DNA of 40,994 bases, from IMG/VR virus record IMGVR_UViG_3300037515_000096, positions 1 to 40,994 of that record, one strand, 5' to 3'. Within the stretch, counting starts at the first letter, position 1. Every line of letters starts with the position of its first letter. The notes beneath the pieces are model-generated. The model was not told the DNA's origin. It saw only the letters and a program-made list of their open reading frames with translations, and ran no database searches. Source of the DNA: a virus. Taxonomy: Duplodnaviria; Caudoviricetes. Positions 7,736-16,208 of the stretch are shown here, one piece after another. The position numbers and the translations under genes were made by a program.

Positions 7736-7983
7736 AGCCAAACTCAAACCGACGAGGATACGACTACACCCACAAGCAGCTCCGCAAGGCTCTTCTTCCT
7801 CTGGCTTATGGACAACCCTGTTCGATTTGTGGCGAGACCATGGAGAAAGGTCAGGAACTTCATCTTGACCATACCTCAGACCGAACTGGATACCGAGGCT
7901 TTGCTCATGCCGAATGCAACACAAGGGACGGTGCGTACAAAGTCAACAACAAGCGTAAGCGCAAGAATTCGCGGGAGTGGTGA
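7732..7983 (+). CDS. HNH endonuclease
   Basis: RGY, CSIC, HLDH, HAECN. Confidence 0.85.
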   Translation: MKPNSNRRGYDYTHKQLRKALLPLAYGQPCSICGETMEKGQELHLDHTSDRTGYRGFAHAECNTRDGAYKVNNKRKRKNSREW

Positions 7984-9350
7984 TGGGAACAACACGAGAT
8001 CTCCTGCGAAGGATGTTCGGTGTTAGAGATAGTACACAACGATCTGTCGGCTCGCTCTCATGGGAGCAGTGGCTACAGCAATTGCAGTCCCCTCTCTCCA
8101 CGTGGGGTAACGCACAGCCGGATATCGAAGAGGTAATCAGAAACCTCGGTGGCCCGATCAAGGCCAACGGTCCGGTGTTCAGCCTTGTGGCTGCACGAGC
8201 CATGGTGTTCAGCGAAGCAAGGTTCCTGTGGAGACGGTTTGAGAACGGTCGCCCACAAGACCTGTTCAGCACAGCCGAGCTTAGTCTACTTGATCGGCCC
8301 TGGCCGGGAGGCACTACTGCCAACCTGTTGGCTCGTATCGAGTTCGACGTGTCTTCTGCTGGTAACGCTTACGTCCGGCGACTTCGAGATGAGGATCGTC
8401 TGACGCTGCTCCGTCCGGAGTGGGTTCAGATCGTGCTGGCTTCCAACGAGGATGCTGATCACCCGAATGAAGCTGGCGACGTGATTGTGTTCGGGTACAT
8501 CTACGACCCACCGAACTCTGATCCCGTTCTTCTTCTCCCCGATGAGGTAGCGCATATCGCTCCGATTCCTGATCCTGATTACCGATTCCTTGGTATGTCC
8601 TGGATCTCCCCTGTACTGAGAGAGATACATGGGGATTCGGCTGGAATCGAGCACAAGAACAGTTTCTTCCAGAACGCCGCTACGCCTCAGATCATTCTCA
8701 AGTTCCCAGAAAAAATGAAGGCTGACAAGGTTGAGGAATACGGGAAGCTGATCGATGCTCGGCACCAAGGCGTCGAGAACAGTTACAAGATCATGTACCT
8801 CGGCGGTGGTGCTGACCCGATGGTGGTCGGCAAGGACTTCCGGGAGATGGACTTCACCCGTCTCCAAGGTCGAGCTGAGAGCCGTCTAGCTAGTGCTGCT
8901 GGAGTACCACCCTCGTGGGTTGGATTTGCTGAGGGCCTTCAGGGCTCCGCACTAAACCAAGGAAACTTCACCGCTGCCAGGCGTCGATTCGCGGATGGAA
9001 CGGTCAGACCTTACTGGCGTGAAGTAGCCGGATCACTGGAAGTGCTCCTTTCTCGTCCAGGTGGTGAGAACAGCAGCGCACAGCTCTGGTACGACGACCG
9101 AGACATTCCTTTCCTCCGTGAAGACAAACAGGTTGCGGCGACAATCCAAGCAGAAGAAGCCGCGACAATCATGAAGCTAGTCCGAGAGGGTTTCATATGG
9201 GAGTCCGTCTTGGAGGCAGTGAAGAAGCACGACTGGGATTTGCTCGAATTCGATGAGCGATTCGTCTCCGTCCAGCTACAAGCTGTCGCTGGTGCTAAGA
9301 CCCAGTTGACGGAAGTCAAAGAGGTAGATGACAGTTCCAGCGATGACTGA
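7983..9350 (+). CDS. portal protein (HK97 family)
   Basis: Position, size, GNAY, GMSWI, FFQNAATP, AAGVPPSWVG; TGATG coupling (alternative GTG 7977). Confidence 0.92.
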   Translation: MGTTRDLLRRMFGVRDSTQRSVGSLSWEQWLQQLQSPLSTWGNAQPDIEEVIRNLGGPIKANGPVFSLVAARAMVFSEARFLWRRFENGRPQDLFSTAELSLLDRPWPGGTTANLLARIEFDVSSAGNAYVRRLRDEDRLTLLRPEWVQIVLASNEDADHPNEAGDVIVFGYIYDPPNSDPVLLLPDEVAHIAPIPDPDYRFLGMSWISPVLREIHGDSAGIEHKNSFFQNAATPQIILKFPEKMKADKVEEYGKLIDARHQGVENSYKIMYLGGGADPMVVGKDFREMDFTRLQGRAESRLASAAGVPPSWVGFAEGLQGSALNQGNFTAARRRFADGTVRPYWREVAGSLEVLLSRPGGENSSAQLWYDDRDIPFLREDKQVAATIQAEEAATIMKLVREGFIWESVLEAVKKHDWDLLEFDERFVSVQLQAVAGAKTQLTEVKEVDDSSSDD

Positions 9351-10383
9351 GAAAGGGACACCAAAGGGAGAAATACGTATGACAGAGATTACTGAGGGCA
9401 CGGTCCAACTTCTAGAGGACGCCGCCCCAGCGCGACTAGAGCTAGATGTCTGTAGGACCACGACCCCCAATATCTCCGTGCGTGCCTCCGACGATGATGA
9501 TGACGATACGCCGGTCCTGGAGGGCCACTTTTCAACCTTCAACGACTGGTACGAGATTAACTCCTGGTTTGAGGGACACTTCATGGAGCGAATTGCTCCA
9601 GGTGCTTTCAAGAGGACGTTCAACGCTGCCAAGAGTGCCAAGGACAAGCACCGAATTCAGGTGCTCCTGGAACATGGGTTTGATCCTACCGTTGGTGACA
9701 AGCCACTTGGTGTTCATACCGCTCTGGAAGAGGACGACGAAGGCGCTCGCTACGAGGTCGATCTGTTCGATTCCAGCTACGTCCGCGACCTGCTTCCAGC
9801 GCTGAAGGCCGGTGTGTACGGAAGTTCTTTCCGGTTCCAGGTCTTGAAGGACGAGTGGGACGAAGAGCCAGAAACCTCCGATGGTAACCCTAAGGGTCTC
9901 CCCGAACGGACCATCAAGGAAGTACGTGTGGCTGAGTTCGGCCCGACCGTATTCCCTGCAAACCCCAATGCAACTGCTGGTACTCGTTCGACCACGGACG
10001 AGTTCTACGAAAGACTTCGCACGAAGAACGAAAAGAACTACCAAGAGGTAGTGGCACGTGCGGCCAAAGCCCGTGGCGTTGATCCGAATGCAAAGGACGA
10101 CGACCACGAAGCGGCTCTCGAAGAAGAAGTAGAGAACCGTGATGGATCGCTAACTGAGGACTCGCTCTCTGAGCACTCCGAAGACTCGCGTAGTGAGGAA
10201 TCGGCCGATTCCCCTATGCACTCTGAGGACTCGCAAGAAGACAGCACTCCTTCTGGTGAAAGCGATGCCGAGTCTCGTGATGAGACAAACGAGGATTCGG
10301 AAACCAGAACGACCTGTGCCCATGCATTTTGTGAGAAACGACGCACAGGCGAGAACTCAGAAAGAGAGTGTTTCTTTAAGTAA
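9328..10383 (+). CDS. prohead maturation protease (HK97 type) with acidic C-terminal extension
   Basis: LEGHFSTFN, FMERIAPGAF, LLEHG, SSFRF, EFGPTVFPA; alternative start 9379 has a better RBS. Confidence 0.9.
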   Translation: MTVPAMTEKGTPKGEIRMTEITEGTVQLLEDAAPARLELDVCRTTTPNISVRASDDDDDDTPVLEGHFSTFNDWYEINSWFEGHFMERIAPGAFKRTFNAAKSAKDKHRIQVLLEHGFDPTVGDKPLGVHTALEEDDEGARYEVDLFDSSYVRDLLPALKAGVYGSSFRFQVLKDEWDEEPETSDGNPKGLPERTIKEVRVAEFGPTVFPANPNATAGTRSTTDEFYERLRTKNEKNYQEVVARAAKARGVDPNAKDDDHEAALEEEVENRDGSLTEDSLSEHSEDSRSEESADSPMHSEDSQEDSTPSGESDAESRDETNEDSETRTTCAHAFCEKRRTGENSERECFFK

Positions 10384-11858
10384 TGGAACGAATGACGATT
10401 GCCGACCGTAAGCGTCGGCGTGATGAGATCGACCTTCGTCTTGCAGAGATCGACACCGAGTTCAACGGCGGTAAGCTGTCGGATGAGGCTCGGTCCGAGT
10501 GGGACGACCTGAAGACCGAGCGTGTTGACCATGTTGACGCTATCGAGGACGCCGAGCGCCGTGAGGCTGAGCTGGCTGAGATTGCCGCTGAGCGCGGTGG
10601 CGAGGATGCTCCTGAGGTTGAGCGTGCAACCCCGGTCAAGAACAAGCGAGTTCAGGTCCGGACGAATAGCCAGCGACGGGTCAGTGACCCTTACGACTTC
10701 GAGTCGTACTCGCGGAACGCTCGCAGCCTTGAGGACATGGCTAGCCTCTATCGGGACGGTGCCAAGCAGGTTCTTGAGAACGTTGAGATCCCTGGTCGGA
10801 ACGTCGATGAGGACAAGGCCAAGGCTCAGGTTGAGCGTCTTCTGAAGACGATTGACAGTGATGGTTCGCTTGCACGCCGGGTTGTCACCACGACTCACCC
10901 GGATTACATGCGGGCCTTTGGTAAGGCAGTCCTTCAGGGCCACACCATGGGTCTGTCCACTGTTGAGCAGGCTGCGCTTGCTCGTACCCACGGTGGTCAG
11001 CTCTCGGGTACCGGAGATTCCGGTGGTTTCGCTGTTCCGGTCACCCTTGACCCTTCGGTCATCCTGACTTCGGATGGTTCGGTCAATCCGCTTCGGCAGA
11101 TTGCTCGGGTTGTCCAGATCACGACCGCCAAGTGGCAGGGTGTGACTTCGGCAGGTATCACGGTCAGCCGTTCGGCTGAGGCAGCCGAGCAAGCCGGTAC
11201 GAAGGCCACGCTGGCTCAGCCAGAGGTCGAGCCGACTCGGGTCGCCGCCTTCATTCCGTTCTCGATCGAGGCTCAGCAGGATTGGACCGCCATGCAGTCC
11301 GAGCTTGCTGTCATGCTTCAGGACGCCAAGGACGATGAAGAGGTTGACTCGTTCGTCAACGGTGACGGCACCGGCCAGGACCCTTCGGGTGTTGTTGCAA
11401 CGCTGGACACAACCGCTCTGGTCCCAGACGGCGGAACGTTTACTGCCGAGGATGTCTACGGCCTGGAAACCTCGCTTCCTCCACGTTGGCGGCAGCGGGC
11501 TAGGTTTGTTGCTGCTAAGGGTGCTTACAACAAGATCCGTGCTCTGGCGGATTCCGATGGTCACGACCTGTGGGTCCGCATCGGTGCTGGCCAGCCTCCG
11601 GAGGTTCTGGGCTACCAGGCTCACGAGCTGTCTTCGATGGATGATGGCGGGACTGCCGACGACCGGTACCTTCTGCTTGGTGACTTCAACCAGTTCATCA
11701 TCGTGGACCGGGTTGGTATGAGCGTCGAGTTGATTCCTCACCTGTTTGATGCCACTACTGGTAACCCGACTGGTGAGCGTGGGATCTTCGCGCTCTGGCG
11801 GAACAGTTCGCAGGTTCTGGTCAACAACGCATTCCGCGTTCTGGTCAACGGTAGCTGA
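10383..11858 (+). CDS. major capsid protein, HK97 fold with N-terminal delta domain
   Basis: Coiled N-terminus, GGFAVP, NPLRQIA, NGDGTG.PSG, LLGDF. Confidence 0.95.
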   Translation: MERMTIADRKRRRDEIDLRLAEIDTEFNGGKLSDEARSEWDDLKTERVDHVDAIEDAERREAELAEIAAERGGEDAPEVERATPVKNKRVQVRTNSQRRVSDPYDFESYSRNARSLEDMASLYRDGAKQVLENVEIPGRNVDEDKAKAQVERLLKTIDSDGSLARRVVTTTHPDYMRAFGKAVLQGHTMGLSTVEQAALARTHGGQLSGTGDSGGFAVPVTLDPSVILTSDGSVNPLRQIARVVQITTAKWQGVTSAGITVSRSAEAAEQAGTKATLAQPEVEPTRVAAFIPFSIEAQQDWTAMQSELAVMLQDAKDDEEVDSFVNGDGTGQDPSGVVATLDTTALVPDGGTFTAEDVYGLETSLPPRWRQRARFVAAKGAYNKIRALADSDGHDLWVRIGAGQPPEVLGYQAHELSSMDDGGTADDRYLLLGDFNQFIIVDRVGMSVELIPHLFDATTGNPTGERGIFALWRNSSQVLVNNAFRVLVNGS

Positions 11859-11889
11859 TCTATCTCCTAACTGAGGAACCTTTGGGGAC

Positions 11890-11920
11890 GGGAGCCTGTG
11901 TATGAGCAGGCTCCCTTTCC
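11890..11920 (+). terminator. hairpin / terminator after capsid gene
   Basis: GGGAGCCTG-8nt-CAGGCTCCC-TTT. Confidence 0.7.
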
Positions 11921-11954
11921 CTGCCAACGTACCTACATAAGGAGGTAGATAGTT

Positions 11955-12257
11955 TTGGCTACCAAAACCAATATCCTAGTCGCCCGAGTCTCGTATTACA
12001 CCACTATCGATGGGAAGCGGTTTCTAGTGCATCGTGGCAAGACCACTGCACATGCTAACCACCCCATCGTTCGTGGTAACGAGGACAAGTGGCGATCCCT
12101 GACCGTGGACTACGCAGTCGATGGTGAACCGGACGAGAAGCCTGAGCCGCCGAAAAAGCGGAGTCCTGGCCGTCCGAAAAAGCAGGCAGAAACCCCTCCG
12201 GTGGAGACCAGGGTTGAGCAGCCTGCTCTTGATGAAGTAGATAAGGAGGGTGAGTAA
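11955..12257 (+). CDS. hypothetical protein (head region)
   Basis: AAGGAGG RBS plus TTG; Pro/Lys-rich tail. Confidence 0.75.
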   Translation: MATKTNILVARVSYYTTIDGKRFLVHRGKTTAHANHPIVRGNEDKWRSLTVDYAVDGEPDEKPEPPKKRSPGRPKKQAETPPVETRVEQPALDEVDKEGE

Positions 12258-12260
12258 TAG

Positions 12261-12677
12261 ATGGGTAAGCTTGTCCTCCGGGACTGCTTCATTAGTGTCG
12301 ATTCCGTGGATCTATCCGACCATGTTTCGTCTGTGACGATTACCATGGAGAAAGACCAGGTAGAGGCCACTGCTTTTACCGGTCAGGGTCGTGACTTCGT
12401 ACATGGACTCAACAACGACTCGTTCGAGCTGAACTTCCAGCAGGACTTTGATGCCACATCTGTCGATGCGACTCTATTCCCTCTGTGGAGTGATGAGGAC
12501 GAATTCGAGGTTATCGTCCGTCCCACCAGCGGGGTGGTTTCTGCGACCAACCCTGAGTACACAGGGACTTGCAAGCTCTTCAATTACCAACCCCTCGCAG
12601 GATCGGTTGGGGACTTGAGCGAAACGAGCACTACGATCCCCGTCCTCAGAACAGGTATTACTCGTTCCGAGAGCTGA
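12261..12677 (+). CDS. major tail (tube) protein
   Basis: Strong RBS; beta-rich acidic 138 aa with DLSDHVSSVT..TAF..GL..NPEYTG pattern; followed by terminator. Confidence 0.75.
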   Translation: MGKLVLRDCFISVDSVDLSDHVSSVTITMEKDQVEATAFTGQGRDFVHGLNNDSFELNFQQDFDATSVDATLFPLWSDEDEFEVIVRPTSGVVSATNPEYTGTCKLFNYQPLAGSVGDLSETSTTIPVLRTGITRSES

Positions 12678-12690
12678 TTAGTGCCTCTTA

Positions 12691-12737
12691 AAAGGGAGCT
12701 GCCATTATCACAGTTGATGGTGGCGGTTCCCTTTTTC
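12691..12737 (+). terminator. intrinsic terminator
   Basis: AAGGGAGCTGCCATTATCA-CAGT-TGATGGTGGCGGTTCCCTT then T run. Confidence 0.85.
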
Positions 12738-12762
12738 TCTTATGTGAGAGAGGAGAAGGATT

Positions 12763-13341
12763 GTGACGCATCAGCCGCTATATGTGACTGTCGGAGAACT
12801 GAAGTCCGCGATCCAGCTCGAAACCAACACAGCGGATGCTGATGTGGCACGCGCACTACACGCAGCCTCTAGAGCTATTGAGAAGGTTACTTCACGTCGG
12901 TTCTGGCTGGATGATGAGCCAACAGTAGAACGCTACACAGCTTTGTCTACGGACATGGTTATCATCAACGACGCTGCGGAAATCGACTCGGTATCGATTA
13001 ACGGCGTAGAGATGGATGCGGGAAATTGGTTCGCAGAGCCAACGAATAACCCTGCTGCTATTGGAGAACCATACCTCTGGATCGAGTCTGATTCAAGATT
13101 CCCTCTGAACCGTCAGGCGATTGAAGTCACCGGAAAGTTTGGGTGGCCCGAGGTTCCTGATGCAGTCAAGCAAATCGTAATCGTGACCGCCAACAAAGCA
13201 CTCAAGCGAACCAGAGAAGCACCATGGGGAATTGTCGGAAGTCAGTTTGATGGTCTGTCTCTTCGGATTACCCGAGATGACCCTGATCTCCAGCTCTACG
13301 TCGAACCCTTGATGCGTGCTGAAACCAGACGGAGCCGCTGA
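12763..13341 (+). CDS. head-to-tail adaptor
   Basis: YVTVGELK, AASRAIE..T.RRF, VTGKFGWPEVPDAVKQ. Confidence 0.85.
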   Translation: MTHQPLYVTVGELKSAIQLETNTADADVARALHAASRAIEKVTSRRFWLDDEPTVERYTALSTDMVIINDAAEIDSVSINGVEMDAGNWFAEPTNNPAAIGEPYLWIESDSRFPLNRQAIEVTGKFGWPEVPDAVKQIVIVTANKALKRTREAPWGIVGSQFDGLSLRITRDDPDLQLYVEPLMRAETRRSR

Positions 13342-13346
13342 ACTAT

Positions 13347-13748
13347 ATGGCTGAACTGTCCAAGATCCTCGATGAGATGAAGATAGCTCTAGAAACCATC
13401 GACGGTCTGAACGTCTACAAGGTAACTGAAAACATAAGCACACCCGCTGCTCAGATTGAACCCAGCAAGGTTTCGTTTGACGGCGCTATGAAGCGTGGAC
13501 ACGAGAGATGGGAATTCATTGTTCGTGTTCTAGTGTCCCAGGCATCTGCGCTCGCAGCGCAAGAGGAAGTATTCAAATACTTTGGCCAGGCCAAGGACAT
13601 CAAGGATGCAATCGAATCCCACATAGGTCTTCGGGATGGATCGGTATCTCATGATGTCTTTGTTCGCGGTGCCGAAGACTTCGGTGTCTGGGAAACAGCA
13701 GGCGTGGCCTACCGTGGTGTGCAATTCAGAGTCGAGGTACATGCATAA
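13347..13748 (+). CDS. tail terminator-like protein
   Basis: Size, position, TIDGLNVY...PAA and C-terminal F.VEV. Confidence 0.65.
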   Translation: MAELSKILDEMKIALETIDGLNVYKVTENISTPAAQIEPSKVSFDGAMKRGHERWEFIVRVLVSQASALAAQEEVFKYFGQAKDIKDAIESHIGLRDGSVSHDVFVRGAEDFGVWETAGVAYRGVQFRVEVHA

Positions 13749-14852
13749 ATGGCCTGGTACCCAAAGGCCATACGCAAGGAGATCACTAAGCACCGGACTT
13801 CAATTTCCGGTCCGAACCGGATCATCAACCACATCGCGGTTTCTAATAGTGACAGCCTGTATGGCTATTTCAATAGCCCAAGTGTGGGAGTCTGCTCCCA
13901 CTTCTACGTTCGGTTCGATGGAACTGTCGAGCAGTATGTAGATACCAAGTACCGTGCTCCAGCTAATCTGGAAGCCAACCCAGACAGCATCAGCATCGAG
14001 ACAGCCGGTGGTGTCACCAACGCCAATACCGAGCCTTGGACATCAGCACAGGTGAAGTCCCTGATCGAGCTGAATCGCTGGATCTGTGACACACACAACA
14101 TCCCCAAAACCCTTCTACCCGATTCCAAAGCTGGACGCCGAGGAATCGGATATCACCGCCTGGGAGTAGATCCCTGGCGCTGCTCTGGCTGTCAGAAATG
14201 GAGCAACGCCTACGGAAAGATCTGTCCGGGTCAGGGGAAGATTAACCAAATGCCAGGCATCGTCAAGGCCGTGGCTGAAGGAGAAGAAGTGAGCAAAGAA
14301 GACGTACGCATAGGCGTTATGGAGATCCTCAAAGAGGCTTTCGACGCCGCGACACTCCCCCTCGCAGAACGCACCAGCACCGGGATGGCAGCCCGCAAGT
14401 ACCTCCGCACCATCTTGCTGGGAGTTGACAACATAGTTCCCTATGTTGTGTGGAAGACCGATGACATCGTTGCCGCTCCGGGATCGGCTGCCTCTTCTGA
14501 CACCAACACTCACTGGCAAGCTGCCAGCCATTTGACATCTCAGACTGAATACGTACGCTATCAGATCCCGCAGCGGTTGGATGAATTGGAAGCCAAGCTG
14601 GATGCTGCTCTAGCGGTGGCTGCGGGTGAAGATTTGCAAACTATTCTAGACCGGATAGATCAACGAGCCGATGAGGCGGCAGTCGAACGCCAGGAGCTTG
14701 AGGACGCACTGGTGGGTACAACCACCAAGCTTCTGTCGATCGAAGACCTACTCGTCAACTTCGAAGCAGGAGATATCGATGAGGCAGCCCTCGCCCGCGA
14801 GCTTGTAAATCTGGTTAAGCAGATCCCAGACCCGGAGCCTGAGGGAAACTGA
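13749..14852 (+). CDS. endolysin, N-acetylmuramoyl-L-alanine amidase (Amidase_2) with acidic helical C-terminus
   Basis: IINHIA, SHFYV..DG..EQYV, SISIET, GYHR, KICPG zinc-amidase motifs. Confidence 0.88.
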   Translation: MAWYPKAIRKEITKHRTSISGPNRIINHIAVSNSDSLYGYFNSPSVGVCSHFYVRFDGTVEQYVDTKYRAPANLEANPDSISIETAGGVTNANTEPWTSAQVKSLIELNRWICDTHNIPKTLLPDSKAGRRGIGYHRLGVDPWRCSGCQKWSNAYGKICPGQGKINQMPGIVKAVAEGEEVSKEDVRIGVMEILKEAFDAATLPLAERTSTGMAARKYLRTILLGVDNIVPYVVWKTDDIVAAPGSAASSDTNTHWQAASHLTSQTEYVRYQIPQRLDELEAKLDAALAVAAGEDLQTILDRIDQRADEAAVERQELEDALVGTTTKLLSIEDLLVNFEAGDIDEAALARELVNLVKQIPDPEPEGN

Positions 14853-15238
14853 TGTCGGCTCGTGCCACTATGGCGCGGGCCGGATTCGAGGGAGAAGCCT
14901 TAGATATCGCACTAGGTGTCTCCTGGGCTGAATCTGGTGGGTACACCGACGCTGTTGGCGATGTAGGGCTTGTAGATGACAAGTGGGGACCGAGCGTTGG
15001 ACTATTCCAGATTAGGTCGCTGCGGAACCCACTCGGGTTCTCTGCTGCGGACCGATACAGGTATGCCTGGGCTCTGCGGCACTTTGACTACAACGCCACA
15101 GCAGCCTATGTGATTAGCAAAGGTGGAACCGACTGGTCTCCCTGGTCTGTCTTCCGTTCGGGCTCCTATGAGGAGCACGTAGGTAAGGACTACGAACTGA
15201 GGATAGGACACATCAGAGCGGATCAGTGGAACGCCTGA
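14852..15238 (+). CDS. stand-alone lytic transglycosylase (SLT-like)
   Basis: AESGG catalytic Glu, SVGLFQI, NATAA, DWSPWS. Confidence 0.85.
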   Translation: MSARATMARAGFEGEALDIALGVSWAESGGYTDAVGDVGLVDDKWGPSVGLFQIRSLRNPLGFSAADRYRYAWALRHFDYNATAAYVISKGGTDWSPWSVFRSGSYEEHVGKDYELRIGHIRADQWNA

Positions 15239-15260
15239 TCACTGAATAGGAGAACACAAC

Positions 15261-15779
15261 ATGGCTAAGCGCTCTCCCAACATTCTATCCATTACGCTCG
15301 CCAAGCAATCACAGAAGACTCTGAATGTTGTTCCTCCTCTGATTAAACAACACGTGAGCCGAGAAGCTTGGCGAAAGCAGGTTAGTCGAGCACTTGAGCG
15401 TGGTGCTAGCTCTCCTTTGAAAGCCGCTAGGAACGCGGCTCTTAGTCTACCCTCCAAAGAGACAAAAAGCCCTGTTTCTGGACGCAGATATATGCGTCGG
15501 AGGATTGCTGACTCGCTGGGTGTCAGCATCCGAACTACTCGTGATCCTGCCGTCTCCATCGTCTCTCGCCGTGATCGGATGGGAGATGCTCCCACCCTGC
15601 CAAAGCGGACCAACGAAGGCCGCTGGCGACACAAGGTATTCGGCAATGAGGGTGTCTGGGTAACTCAGTATTCCCGTCAGGGCTGGTTTGATAACACCGT
15701 AAGTAGCGCCGCCAATGTCACAGTTCGAACCGAACTGGTGAAGGTGCTCTCACTCCTAGAAAGTCGTTGGACTGTATGA
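15261..15779 (+). CDS. basic neck / tail-completion protein (HK97 gp10-like)
   Basis: Very basic; GRWRHKVFGN..WVTQ..GWF motif; position. Confidence 0.6.
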   Translation: MAKRSPNILSITLAKQSQKTLNVVPPLIKQHVSREAWRKQVSRALERGASSPLKAARNAALSLPSKETKSPVSGRRYMRRRIADSLGVSIRTTRDPAVSIVSRRDRMGDAPTLPKRTNEGRWRHKVFGNEGVWVTQYSRQGWFDNTVSSAANVTVRTELVKVLSLLESRWTV

Positions 15780-16096
15780 AGGTCGTTGCTCAATACAAGG
15801 ATGGCAAGAAGCTGGAAGGCGTTGCCACCCCCCGTGCTCAGGTCGCTGCTGAACGTAAATTCAATGAGCCTCTGTCGGTTCTGTTTGCTGTTGACGCTGA
15901 GCAGAATCGTCTGCCCCGCGTAGAGGTCATCTACTACCTCACTTGGGCAGCTCTGCACTATTCCGATCAGGAACCGGAGACAGACTGGGAGAAGTGGCTT
16001 GATCTTGTAGCCGAGGCCGGTATCGAACCTGGAGAAGATGATGCTGGGGGAAAAGCTACCCCAAGGGCTCGGTCGCGGAAGAAATCGTCCACATAA
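15776..16096 (+). CDS. tail assembly chaperone (short form)
   Basis: Precedes tape measure; ATGA overlap; slippery GGGAAAA near the 3' end. Confidence 0.8.
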   Translation: MKVVAQYKDGKKLEGVATPRAQVAAERKFNEPLSVLFAVDAEQNRLPRVEVIYYLTWAALHYSDQEPETDWEKWLDLVAEAGIEPGEDDAGGKATPRARSRKKSST

Positions 16097-16191
16097 GCCT
16101 GCGTACAGGAATCCCGTTCTCCACTCTTGTGGCTGAGGATGAGGTAACACTAAACACCTACGCGAAGATTCTTGCGGAACGACAGAAATAG
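16048..16191 (+). other. programmed -1 frameshift site and extension of the tail assembly chaperone
   Basis: In-frame G GGA AAA at 16048-16054; -1 frame reads SYPKGSVAEEIVHISLRTGIPFSTLVAEDEVTLNTYAKILAERQK to TAG 16191. Confidence 0.85.
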
Positions 16192-16208
16192 AGAGGCGGT
16201 TACACTAA

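Noticed and set aside
10038-11927. 629-aa ORF on the - strand
   Set aside because: Antisense shadow of the strongly codon-biased capsid gene; no motifs or RBS.
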